Source: a virus
Strand: one strand, 5' to 3'
Virus record (IMG/VR): IMGVR_UViG_3300030012_005163
Coordinates: 64,001-128,000 of that record
Length of the DNA: 64,000 bases
A program made the position numbers and the translations under genes. Shown one piece after another: positions 27,001 to 35,337 of the stretch (the first letter of the stretch is position 1; every line of letters begins with the position of its first letter). The notes beneath the pieces are model-generated. The model was given only the letters and a program-made list of their open reading frames with translations. It was not told the DNA's origin and did no database searches.

Positions 27001-29593
27001 TATCTCACCCGCTTGTGTAGTAACATTACCTAAATATTTTTTATTATATATAGGTGGTACATTATGGAGACAAAATTTAAGTACTGACCCTATAATATGG
27101 GATGATTCTATTTATACGGGATCAACTATTCCTACACAACAACAATATATTACTCCTTTATGGTCACGTGAACAAAGAGGTGATATTGAATCTAAATTAA
27201 TAAACTTACCAACCCAAACAAAATCTAATTTTATTAATTATTTTACTAATTGGGTTAATAGTGGAGAGTTTAGTAATTTTGCAAATGCAGTAATAGAGTA
27301 TTCAGATGATGATTTATTAACTACTAGTGAGAAATTTGATAAGGGTACATCCGTAGTTTCATTTCTTAAAGAAGAAGAGAAAATGATAGTAGTTTCTACA
27401 GGAGTTCTTAATATAACACCTTCCTCTTCTACATTTTCACTTGATGGTATAACTAATTTTGATGACTACTTAAAATTATTCAAAACGAAGTTCAAAGGTT
27501 CATTAGTTGGTACTGAAAAAATTTCACCTACTAATAGTGAAAAAGAAGATGTTACGAAAAATATGGACGCATTAAAACAAAGTGTGTTTAATAGTATAAA
27601 AAACGTATACGATAGATGGGTGGCGGGTAATACGTCTAAATCTAAATTAACTTTTAACGCTTGTGCTAATGAGGGGACACCCTTATTTGATTATTTTAGA
27701 TTTGTAGATAGAGGTTTTAATGATATTGGTGATAAAGCTATAATTAATTTAGAAAGTGTTATAACTTTAAGTGAAAATTTAACGACTAATGTATATTTCT
27801 TTATGTCTAAATTATTGAGAGATAGTAATTTTTTATTTCAAATACTACCAAATTATATTAATTATAAAGATCCTGAAGAAGTATCTACTATGTTTAAACC
27901 AATAACTAACATTTCAGATAGAAATAATAGTAGTGGTCCAACTTATTTATGTATTTATGCTGGTGGTGCTTCACAAGTTTTAAATATTGAAGAACAAAAT
28001 CGTTATACCTTTAAAAATGATGGGTTTAATTTAGATTTTCCTCCGTCTGATATTTCTGCTAAAAAAGTTTCTGATAAAAGAGCAGAAAGACAAAAAAATA
28101 GAAAAGAAAAAAATTTAGAAAAAAGAAATAAGAGTAGGGAAAAACGTGGTAAAGCACCAATAGTTCGTCCTTCAGGTGAAGGAATTAATTTAGTAGGTTT
28201 TAGAGTGTCTTTTGGTACAGAAAACCAAACAGTATTTAAAAGTGTATCTTTAAATCAACAAGAACACAAAGATACTGCGGAATATCATAAAACTTTAACA
28301 GACTTAATTGATAAAAGAGGTGGTACGAGTAGAAGTTATCAAGGTACAGATTTATATAAAATGTTTAGAGCACGTTCCTATACCTGTAGTGTTGAAGCAT
28401 TAGGTTGTATGAATATTCAACCAATGATGTATTTTCAATTAGATAATGTACCGTTTTTTGAGGGAGCATATATGATACTTAATGTTACACATAATATTTC
28501 TCCTAACCATATGACAACTTCATTTACTGGTGTAAGACAAAGTAAATATTTAACTCCTGTGGTGGATAAAATGACTACCTTTTTAAATATTAGTTTAGAT
28601 GATACATTAGATACTGAACCTATTTTTGAAAGGAGTTCAGTGGCTAGAGAAATCGATTACAATACAGGAATACCTAAAGATAAAGAACCAGATGAACAAT
28701 TTAATTTTGATTCTTTAAATGAAGGTAGTTTAATTACTATGGGTGTTAATAATGTTTCATTAAACTTAGTTAATAGTTTAAAAACTGAATTGATTGGTAA
28801 TGGTATAACTAGTAATTCTCAAGTTACTATGTTCTTAGCCAATGCACTTACAAAATCAAATAATTTCTCTACTTCTGTAGACGTATGGAACGATAAAAAC
28901 AGTGATGCGGGTAAAACACTTTATGGTTCTGTGGGTAATAGGTTTGGTAATAGAGTAAATACCGATGATGCATATATATATAGACCTAAAGGATATATCC
29001 CAATAATAGGTAGAGATCAGTACCAAAGATTTTCTAAAGATACTGATACACCATTATCTACATTAACAGGTAATACAATAAATGTGGCAACTGCTTGTAA
29101 AATTTCTGCTTGGAGATGGATTAATTATCCTTATAGTAATAGTTATCACAATGACGAAAAATTACAAGAAATAGATATAAGAATAAAAGCTTTAGAAGAA
29201 CTTAAAAAAGATAATCAAGAAATTATTGATAACCCTAATACTACACCAACTGTAAAAGAACAATTATTTATGGCTAACACCAAAATAGACATAGAAGGAC
29301 AAAAACTTATAGAAAAGTTTACAGTACTTCAAGAAGAAAAAGACGAAAGATTAAAAACAGAGGAAAATTACCCACCTGGTGGATGGGCTAATGGCGGACA
29401 AGCTAGTAACTTTTCACGTATAGTAGAAAGTTTAAATTTTTCAGGTGGTAAAGATATAGAAGATGCGTTTGAAAATTTTGCAAAAGTACTAAATGCTTTA
29501 CCGACTACAGATGGAGACGATAATTTATTGGGGCAAACAGTAGATGGAACTAAGTTTAAAAAGAAAGGCGTTAATTTATATAAGGAAACTTAA
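24014..29593 (+). CDS. Baseplate hub protein (gp27/VgrG-like) with a degenerate C-terminal GH19-like lysozyme domain
   Basis: FGITSINVKYN...PQVDIDFTDIRG; YTCSVEALGCMNIQPMMYFQLDNVPFFEGAYMILNVTHNISP...TSFTGVR; C-terminal QVTMFLANALTKS...GNRFGN...YRPKGYIPIIGRDQY. Confidence 0.75.
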   Translation: MAEEEKDVNVEQVGAGLMLVDPNPSGRNVLPAEDMFIYVSLTAQERNRGVVTIGENENEFDESRFGEIEFVATEVKYNQAGEPMKDIMGDVTSYATTNYTNIGGIQNTFGSGLLEGFGITSINVKYNTSLIPQVDIDFTDIRGSGLFDVIEQDNRKSPYSVFFKMPYPIFNLTLKGYFGKPVEYCLNLVNWTSKFDPGTGNFNISANFVGFQQAFLADITIGDIIGTVNTEAGLKNLLDLPLTVGTVKEGGETGSGQIATPQLDEFVKDLSKLQIDLEELKIENTIYKELQILNTQQKKLEDIRGFIGRPLGKANIDTYKNNESAPPYLSQLNSPLQISSSSIKSQNLTNFKSYLSIRDLLFVKTTVNSSVDNYMNDLYDKVNDYVKFYGDNSTVLNANDNIAKKSVNGAQINSEYWKFSENNNGESVDYEQFKLTFAGGGNTTTLTLESFIDELKKPNSILKSNNPKEYAECNQNFDVSGITINNYSKDLNDNKPGNKNSDFNNSDVGFVLDFRAIRMMVNDMLITLNKEKKKKEEKLLKELNDALSVRLGYKPTIGTVFQIICNNAQAFLATIYDIGRSAELQNKARQKALQRVAVNSDIQLKEEFDFKSQTIYAFPSVFVKKDGGFVEKYIGSEDIFPPDDQESRNAFPEIGFIENLIKSLLVEEKKLLNITKQVNKAKRSSSGDDTDNWIPNNPIDYKNNPFYLLNSSQSKSAEGAEKLYEKFISILVDRYIILTQYSNSIKPSTYGGFDGLLANLSFVDDRVKNILYTFLNDSNNDDKIKELRDKRLKELNSAKYQDETGDDKIYHVSNPKGNFIIIGGSNKGKEILSNNVTLTEEQKDDDYNRIYVDKKVIDESKENYTEWNSRNLYLTTNQSYNVFDAFTKMSLVSKLDKGKINFTIPNNDITLLDGGINPKNNPAPNTPTETETINLYLNSKFPLNNIDTTQKAELLTNSKLYQNNTSELSKALLLLSTLPFSVFDKIQFPQTNVPNFISPACVVTLPKYFLLYIGGTLWRQNLSTDPIIWDDSIYTGSTIPTQQQYITPLWSREQRGDIESKLINLPTQTKSNFINYFTNWVNSGEFSNFANAVIEYSDDDLLTTSEKFDKGTSVVSFLKEEEKMIVVSTGVLNITPSSSTFSLDGITNFDDYLKLFKTKFKGSLVGTEKISPTNSEKEDVTKNMDALKQSVFNSIKNVYDRWVAGNTSKSKLTFNACANEGTPLFDYFRFVDRGFNDIGDKAIINLESVITLSENLTTNVYFFMSKLLRDSNFLFQILPNYINYKDPEEVSTMFKPITNISDRNNSSGPTYLCIYAGGASQVLNIEEQNRYTFKNDGFNLDFPPSDISAKKVSDKRAERQKNRKEKNLEKRNKSREKRGKAPIVRPSGEGINLVGFRVSFGTENQTVFKSVSLNQQEHKDTAEYHKTLTDLIDKRGGTSRSYQGTDLYKMFRARSYTCSVEALGCMNIQPMMYFQLDNVPFFEGAYMILNVTHNISPNHMTTSFTGVRQSKYLTPVVDKMTTFLNISLDDTLDTEPIFERSSVAREIDYNTGIPKDKEPDEQFNFDSLNEGSLITMGVNNVSLNLVNSLKTELIGNGITSNSQVTMFLANALTKSNNFSTSVDVWNDKNSDAGKTLYGSVGNRFGNRVNTDDAYIYRPKGYIPIIGRDQYQRFSKDTDTPLSTLTGNTINVATACKISAWRWINYPYSNSYHNDEKLQEIDIRIKALEELKKDNQEIIDNPNTTPTVKEQLFMANTKIDIEGQKLIEKFTVLQEEKDERLKTEENYPPGGWANGGQASNFSRIVESLNFSGGKDIEDAFENFAKVLNALPTTDGDDNLLGQTVDGTKFKKKGVNLYKET

Positions 29594-29629
29594 AATTCTA
29601 ATTTAACTATAGCACCGCCCACTTCATAG

Positions 29630-29661
29630 TTTGTTTTTTACATAAAAAAATAGTATATTTG
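29630..29661 (+). promoter_or_regulatory. Bacteroidota-type promoter TTTG-N20-TATATTTG
   Basis: Exact match to the -33/-7 consensus; 4 nt before ATG 29666. Confidence 0.75.
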
Positions 29662-29665
29662 TAAT

Positions 29666-30289
29666 ATGTATATTGGAAATATAGTAACTAAAGATAAAAT
29701 TTTAGATGAAAAATATAATATTTGTGAAGACATTACACAAATAAATGAGAATTTTATTACCCTTATTATTGGTTGGGGTGTAGTTAAAGAAATATATGGA
29801 GAAGAAAATGTTTCTATTTTAAATAAAAAAATAGATGATAAAACCTATTGGACTTTTGATAGTAAAGAAAGAAAAGTAGACTTAGAAATTGATTTAGAAA
29901 ATTTCCCTAAAAAATGTTTAGACTATATTAACCATAATTTAAATTATGTATTCATTGATATTTTACATGATAAACCATCAAAAATAAAAAAAATAATAAA
30001 AAAAATATATTCATTAGAAACTGTTATTTCATTTTTTAATGAGAAAATGGTTTATATTTTCGATGAAAATTTAATCTTTGGTTTGGATTTAAATATATTA
30101 GAATTTGTAGGTTTAGATATTAATAAAATTAAACATAAAATTATTAATATTTCTGAGGTAACTTTAAGAGAAAATGAAATATTTAATAAATGTATAAGGT
30201 GTGTAGAAAATAACAACGAAAAAACCATACCTTACATTTATAGATATGGAACAACGAACAAAGATAATCACATTAGCATCGTTTGTTGA
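29666..30289 (+). CDS. Hypothetical protein
   Basis: 207 aa; has its own host-type promoter; no motif recognised. Confidence 0.7.
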   Translation: MYIGNIVTKDKILDEKYNICEDITQINENFITLIIGWGVVKEIYGEENVSILNKKIDDKTYWTFDSKERKVDLEIDLENFPKKCLDYINHNLNYVFIDILHDKPSKIKKIIKKIYSLETVISFFNEKMVYIFDENLIFGLDLNILEFVGLDINKIKHKIINISEVTLRENEIFNKCIRCVENNNEKTIPYIYRYGTTNKDNHISIVC

Positions 30290-30659
30290 TGAGGATAAAG
30301 TAGAGGGTTTTAGTGATTATATTAATAAAAGATTTAAAATACCTAAAGATAAATTATTTATATATACTTCACCACAAGAAGAAGGTAAAAAAATTATAAC
30401 GTTTCGGTTATATTTAAGGGATGGTAAAAAAATAAATACTAAATCGTTTTTCCCCACCACTATAATTACACATAAAAAAGGAGAATGTTTTTATACAATT
30501 AATGCATTAAATAAACTTATAGAAAGTAAAAGTGAAGGTGAAACAGGAAACATTAATCATAAAGAACATAAGATAGAATGGGATGAATACCAAAATAAAA
30601 TGTTAATAACTAAAAAAAATGAATTAACTATTATCGATATCAAACGTAATTTTTCTTAA
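30246..30659 (+). CDS. Hypothetical protein
   Basis: 137 aa; overlaps the upstream gene by 44 nt. Confidence 0.7.
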   Translation: MEQRTKIITLASFVDEDKVEGFSDYINKRFKIPKDKLFIYTSPQEEGKKIITFRLYLRDGKKINTKSFFPTTIITHKKGECFYTINALNKLIESKSEGETGNINHKEHKIEWDEYQNKMLITKKNELTIIDIKRNFS

Positions 30660-30667
30660 AATTCTTA

Positions 30668-30675
30668 TATTTATA
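30668..30675 (+). promoter_or_regulatory. TATTTATA putative late-promoter motif
   Basis: 15 nt before ATG 30691. Confidence 0.6.
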
Positions 30676-30690
30676 ATAAAAGACATTAAT

Positions 30691-30873
30691 ATGAACGAAA
30701 ATACAGATAATAAAAAAACTAAAGATTTGGAAGATTCACTTAACGAATTTCTTAAAGTTAATGAAGAAAAAGAGTGTGAGGGAGAAGAATGTTTAATTAA
30801 TGACGGAAAAGAAATTGTAGAAAGAGTTAATAAAGTTTATAAAACAACTGATGGAAGACAATTATTAATATAA
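30691..30873 (+). CDS. Small acidic hypothetical protein
   Basis: 60 aa; follows a late motif; 4 nt from the next gene. Confidence 0.65.
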   Translation: MNENTDNKKTKDLEDSLNEFLKVNEEKECEGEECLINDGKEIVERVNKVYKTTDGRQLLI

Positions 30874-30877
30874 AAAA

Positions 30878-31609
30878 ATGGATAAGAAAAAATTAATATC
30901 AGAAGAATTAAAAAGACATATGGAACTGTTAGAATATACGTTCTATATGGAAGATAAACCTGCGGAAGATGAGGTAGACAATCTTTTGTTAGGGGCAGAA
31001 AAACTTTATGAACAAGATCCTGTACCCGCTGAAGATGCAGAAGAAGAAACTACTGAAGATCCATTTGGTGGTGGTTCAGAAGATACAGAAGGTGGTGAAG
31101 AAGAAACTTTAGATTTAGATACTGAAGAAGGAACTAGTGAAACTGACCCATTTGGTGGTGAAGAAGGTATGGAAGTTGAGGATGAATTTGCAACTGAGGA
31201 AGGTGGAGAAGAGACTGTCGAAGTAGACGTTACTGATATAGTAGATAAGGCAGAACAAACTAGAACAGAAATAGAAGGTATGACTGCTAAAATGGATGAA
31301 TTATTAGGTAAACTTGGTGATTTAGAAGGTAAGGTAGGCGATATGGATCAAGTTATTGATAAAATAGATGGTTTAGAAAAAGAAATTGCAGACAGAAACC
31401 CAACACCAGTAGAAAGATTAGAAATGAGATCAATGGATTCTTTTCCATATAGTGTTTCCTTAACTGATTATTGGACAGATAAAGAGGGTTATGATGTAGG
31501 AGGTGAAGAAAAAGAAGAGTTTGTTATCACTCAAAAAGATGTAGATGATTATAGTGCAACTGAAATTAAAGATTCATTTGACTATAATAAAAATGATGAA
31601 AATTCATAA
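30878..31609 (+). CDS. Highly acidic coiled-coil protein with a leader (putative prohead core/scaffold-like)
   Basis: MDKKKLISEELKRHMELLEY leader; E/D/G-rich linker; heptad coil IEGMTAKMDELLGKLGDLEGKVGDMDQVIDKIDGLEKEI. Confidence 0.7.
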   Translation: MDKKKLISEELKRHMELLEYTFYMEDKPAEDEVDNLLLGAEKLYEQDPVPAEDAEEETTEDPFGGGSEDTEGGEEETLDLDTEEGTSETDPFGGEEGMEVEDEFATEEGGEETVEVDVTDIVDKAEQTRTEIEGMTAKMDELLGKLGDLEGKVGDMDQVIDKIDGLEKEIADRNPTPVERLEMRSMDSFPYSVSLTDYWTDKEGYDVGGEEKEEFVITQKDVDDYSATEIKDSFDYNKNDENS

Positions 31610-31622
31610 AACAAAAATTTAA

Positions 31623-31654
31623 TTTGACATATTAACCAATAATGACTATATTTG
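31623..31654 (+). promoter_or_regulatory. Bacteroidota-type promoter TTTG-N20-TATATTTG (TTGACA-N17-TATATT)
   Basis: Exact consensus; first of two tandem promoters before the SSB gene. Confidence 0.7.
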
Positions 31655-31672
31655 TTCATTATTGGTTTTTTC
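31634..31672 (+). terminator. Hairpin terminator overlapping the first SSB promoter
   Basis: AACCAATAATGA-(10 nt)-TCATTATTGGTT followed by a T run. Confidence 0.65.
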
Positions 31673-31676
31673 TTGT

Positions 31677-31708
31677 ATTGACTTTTACGAAAAAACTTAT
31701 TATATTTA
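31677..31708 (+). promoter_or_regulatory. Second host-type promoter ATTG-N20-TATATTTA
   Basis: One mismatch to the -7 consensus; also reads TTGACT-N17-TATATT. Confidence 0.6.
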
Positions 31709-31741
31709 GAAATAATTATTAACATTTAAAAAAAATTAAAA

Positions 31742-32644
31742 ATGAGTAACAGTTTAGACGCAATTTTGTCTCAGTATGAAAGTAATACTGAAAACAGTTC
31801 AAAAAAACCTAAGTTATCTAATGAAGATAGACTTAAGAAGTATTTCACTGAAAAACTTCAACAAGGAGTAAAAAGTGCAACTCGAAGATTTAGAATTTTA
31901 CCAGCAAAAGATGGTAAGTCTCCATTCGAAGAAGTATATTTTTACGAAAGACAAGTTAACGGTAAATATGAAAAAATTTATTGTAATAAATTAAATGATG
32001 GTGAATATTGCCCAATGTATGAAGCAAAAGAAGCTTTATTAATGGAAGGTAGTAAGAAAGCCAAAGAAATGGCGAGAGAGTATACTCCTCGTAAATTTTA
32101 TGTGGTAAAAGGTATCGACAGAGATAACGAAGATCACGGTGTTAAATTTTGGAGATTTAAACACAATTATACAGGTAACGGTGTTATGGATAAGTTAATG
32201 CCACTTTTTAAATTAAAAGGTGATATTACAGATGCTAGAGAAGGTAGAGATATTATTATCACTACTAACCGTAATGAAAAAGGGTGGAGTGTAGTAACTT
32301 CTATTATGTGTGATGATGTAAGTATGTTAACTGAAGATACGGTTAAAGCTAACGATTGGTTTAACAACGAAGAAACATTTAGAGATGTTTACGCTAAAAA
32401 ATCACCAGAATATTTAGAGATAGTATCAAAAAATATGACTCCTGTTTGGGATTCAGAACAAAGTAAATACGTAGCAGAAGAAGAAAGAGAAGAATCAGAA
32501 ACTGCTTCATTAGAAGAAGAAATAACTTACTTAAGAGAAGAAAGTAATACTACTTCTACTACCACCATAACTTCAAATGAAGATGAAGATGAGGTAACTG
32601 TAACTAATCTAGAGAGTGGTGATAGTGATGATTTACCATTTTAA
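31742..32644 (+). CDS. Single-stranded DNA-binding protein (T4 gp32-like)
   Basis: RFRILP, KIYCNKLNDGEYCPMYE, GVKFWRF, DITD...GRDIII; acidic tail ending DSDDLPF. Confidence 0.85.
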   Translation: MSNSLDAILSQYESNTENSSKKPKLSNEDRLKKYFTEKLQQGVKSATRRFRILPAKDGKSPFEEVYFYERQVNGKYEKIYCNKLNDGEYCPMYEAKEALLMEGSKKAKEMAREYTPRKFYVVKGIDRDNEDHGVKFWRFKHNYTGNGVMDKLMPLFKLKGDITDAREGRDIIITTNRNEKGWSVVTSIMCDDVSMLTEDTVKANDWFNNEETFRDVYAKKSPEYLEIVSKNMTPVWDSEQSKYVAEEEREESETASLEEEITYLREESNTTSTTTITSNEDEDEVTVTNLESGDSDDLPF

Positions 32645-32662
32645 TTAATTGTAAATGTGAAG

Positions 32663-32696
32663 AATAGGTCATCTTTTATGGGTGACCTATTTTTTT
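32663..32696 (+). terminator. Rho-independent terminator/attenuator after the SSB gene
   Basis: AATAGGTCATC-ttttatg-GGTGACCTATT followed by a T run. Confidence 0.8.
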
Positions 32697-32712
32697 AAAA
32701 AAAAATATAGAT

Positions 32713-33762
32713 ATGGCAAAAAAACCAATTAAGAAAAAAACAACTGATTTTTCTAGTATTAGGAAAAAATTTTCATCTAGTGATAAATACAAAGAACAAA
32801 AATATTTTGATTTAGGAGAATCATTTCAAAAAGCAACAGGTATTCCTGGCCCAGCTATTGGACAAATTAATATGTTGTTAGGACATTCAGATACAGGAAA
32901 AACGACTGCATTAATTCAAACTGCAGTAGATGCTCAGAAAAAAGGTATATTACCTATTTTTATTATAACTGAACAAAAATTTAGTTTTGAACACGCTAAA
33001 CAAATGGGATTAGAAACTAATTATATTGAAGAGGTTGATGAAAGTACAGGAGAAATTGAGGCATATTGGGATGGATTTTTATTATACAAATTAGGTTTTG
33101 AATATATAGAGCAAGCATTTGAATATGTAACTGAAATTTTAGATGCACAATCAAAAGGAGATATTCCACACGATATTGTATTCTTATGGGACTCCATAGG
33201 GACAATACCCTGTAAAATGAGTTTTGAAGGAAAGGGTGGAAACCAACATACTGCAAGAGTAATATCAGAAAAATGGGGTATGGGTATGGCTCAGAGAATA
33301 ACCTCATCTCGTAAAGAGAGTTCGCCATATACCAATACTATGGTATTTGTTAACCAACCATGGGTAGAGTTACCAGATAATCCGTTTAGTCAACCTAGAA
33401 TTCAACCTAAAGGTGGACAATCAATTTATTTATCTTGTGCACTAGTATTCCTATTTGGGAATCAAAAGAGTGCTGGAGTTTCTAAATTAAATGCCACCAA
33501 CAAAGGTCGTAAAGTAAATTTTGCAGTCAGAACTAAAGTGGGTATCCATAAAAATCATATGAATGGTTTAGGGTATGCTGATTGTAGAATATTGGCTACT
33601 ACACATGGTTTTATTGAAGATGAAAAGAAAGCTATAGATACTTATAAATCTGATTATAAAGAATACTGGTCGACAGTATTTGATAGTGTGGGTGAAGAAG
33701 TAGACTTTACTATAGAAGAAGGGGAACATATTGATGCACCCGTAGAATATGCGGATCAATAA
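32713..33762 (+). CDS. recA: RecA/UvsX-like recombinase
   Basis: Walker A GHSDTGKT, IFIITEQKF, Walker B FLWDSIG, VFVNQ, PKGG. Confidence 0.9.
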   Translation: MAKKPIKKKTTDFSSIRKKFSSSDKYKEQKYFDLGESFQKATGIPGPAIGQINMLLGHSDTGKTTALIQTAVDAQKKGILPIFIITEQKFSFEHAKQMGLETNYIEEVDESTGEIEAYWDGFLLYKLGFEYIEQAFEYVTEILDAQSKGDIPHDIVFLWDSIGTIPCKMSFEGKGGNQHTARVISEKWGMGMAQRITSSRKESSPYTNTMVFVNQPWVELPDNPFSQPRIQPKGGQSIYLSCALVFLFGNQKSAGVSKLNATNKGRKVNFAVRTKVGIHKNHMNGLGYADCRILATTHGFIEDEKKAIDTYKSDYKEYWSTVFDSVGEEVDFTIEEGEHIDAPVEYADQ

Positions 33763-33791
33763 TTTTGTTAAATTTGTAATCAATATGATAA

Positions 33792-34835
33792 GTGTCCAGA
33801 CCAAATAAAAGAAAAAAATTTACACAGACTCTATTAGTAGATGGTGATTCATTATTGAAAACCGCATATCATGGGGCTAAAAATCTTTATTATAAAGAAA
33901 CTCATATAGGTGGAATTTACCAATTCCTTACCATGTTAAGGAAATCACTTAATGAATATAAATACGATAGAGTTTTTGTATTTTGGGATGGGCAATTTAG
34001 TGGTAGACTAAGGTATGATTTATATAAAGAATATAAATCAAATAGAGATAAAGATTTCTATAATGAAACCCCTCCTTCTGAACCAGAACTTTTTATTCAA
34101 AAAGAAAGAGTAAAACAATATTTAGAAGAATTATTTGTTAGACAATTTGAAGATTTAGTAATTGAAGCAGATGACGCAATTGCATATTATTGTAGTAAAA
34201 TTAAAGAAGATGAAAAAATTGTTATAGTAACTAATGACAGAGATATTTTACAACTAATAAACGATAGAATAGGTGTTTATATTATAAATAAAAAAAGAAT
34301 CATTACAACTACTAATTATAGTGACTATTTTAATCATCACTATACTAATCTTAAGTTACTAAAAATATTATCTGGCGATAATAGTGATAATATAAAAGGT
34401 ATTAAAGGTGTAAGTGAAAAAACTATTATTAAATATTTTCCTGAATTTGTTAAAAAAACTTTGACATTGGAAGAAATTTTTAGTAAAATTGAAGATATAC
34501 AAAGTGAAAGAAAAAATAGATTGAAAACATTAGATAATATAATTAATAAAGTTACAGTTGGAGTACAAGGTGAAAGTATTTTTGATGTAAATGAAAAAAT
34601 TATAAATCTAAAAAAACCTTTGTTAACAGAAAATTCTATAAACGTTTTAAATGACTTGTTTAGTTCACCTATCGACCCTGAAGATAGGACTATTAAAAAC
34701 GTTATTAAAATGATGTTGGAAGACGGTTTAACAATGGCAATACCTGGGGGTAGAGATGGTTATATTAACTTTTTACAACCGTTTCTAAGAATAATTAAAA
34801 AAGAAAAAAGTTATTTTAGTAAAATTAAAAATTAA
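33792..34835 (+). CDS. 5'-3' exonuclease / T4 RNase H-like flap nuclease (GTG start)
   Basis: LLVDGDSL, VFWDG, YKEYKSNR, EADDAIA, TNDRDILQL, LSGDNSDNIKGIKGVSEKT. Confidence 0.92.
   Translation: MSRPNKRKKFTQTLLVDGDSLLKTAYHGAKNLYYKETHIGGIYQFLTMLRKSLNEYKYDRVFVFWDGQFSGRLRYDLYKEYKSNRDKDFYNETPPSEPELFIQKERVKQYLEELFVRQFEDLVIEADDAIAYYCSKIKEDEKIVIVTNDRDILQLINDRIGVYIINKKRIITTTNYSDYFNHHYTNLKLLKILSGDNSDNIKGIKGVSEKTIIKYFPEFVKKTLTLEEIFSKIEDIQSERKNRLKTLDNIINKVTVGVQGESIFDVNEKIINLKKPLLTENSINVLNDLFSSPIDPEDRTIKNVIKMMLEDGLTMAIPGGRDGYINFLQPFLRIIKKEKSYFSKIKN
34460..34491 (+). promoter_or_regulatory. Possible internal host-type promoter TTTG-N20-TAAAATTG
   Basis: Correct spacing, one mismatch in the -7 box; lies inside the exonuclease gene. 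Confidence 0.35.
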
Positions 34836-34840
34836 AAATT

Positions 34841-35302
34841 ATGAAAAAAAGTTATGACAATCTTCCTTATGAATTTTTGTTGAAAATTAACGGAAAACCA
34901 ATTGTGGGGAGAAATTTTCACATTAAAGGGTATAATGCCGATAGTTTAAAGTCTATAGAACTTAAAGAAACTATTGATGACGCAACTAGAGTTATTGAAG
35001 AACAATTTAAATTAAAAAGTAATTTTTATTTGTGGAGATATTATAACCCTTACGCCACCCAAACTACGGAAGAGGTAGAAGAGTTAAAAAAAGATTTATA
35101 TGAAAATGAAGATGTTTTTATTTTCCAAATAAAAGTAAAAGGTAGAGTAGTTGCTCAGAAGATTTTTAGTGGAAATGACTACCCACCAAAGGTAAGATAT
35201 GATGTAGATATAAGATCAATTATTCCCGAAATCATCTCTATTATACAAAATGGGTTAAGTTTAAAAAAATATACTCACGAATACTGTGGTTACACGCTTT
35301 AG
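34841..35302 (+). CDS. Hypothetical protein in the replication block
   Basis: 153 aa; clean A-rich start; no motif recognised. Confidence 0.75.
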   Translation: MKKSYDNLPYEFLLKINGKPIVGRNFHIKGYNADSLKSIELKETIDDATRVIEEQFKLKSNFYLWRYYNPYATQTTEEVEELKKDLYENEDVFIFQIKVKGRVVAQKIFSGNDYPPKVRYDVDIRSIIPEIISIIQNGLSLKKYTHEYCGYTL

Positions 35303-35306
35303 TGTA

Positions 35307-35314
35307 TATTTATT
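35307..35314 (+). promoter_or_regulatory. TATTTATT putative late-promoter motif before the helicase gene
   Basis: 23 nt before ATG 35338. Confidence 0.5.
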
Positions 35315-35337
35315 AATATATCAAAAATGATAATAGA

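Noticed and set aside
29605-29631. AACTAT...ATAGTT hairpin around the GC-rich AGCACCGCCCAC after the hub gene
   Set aside because: It has only a 6-bp AT-rich stem with a 15-nt loop, too weak to call a terminator.
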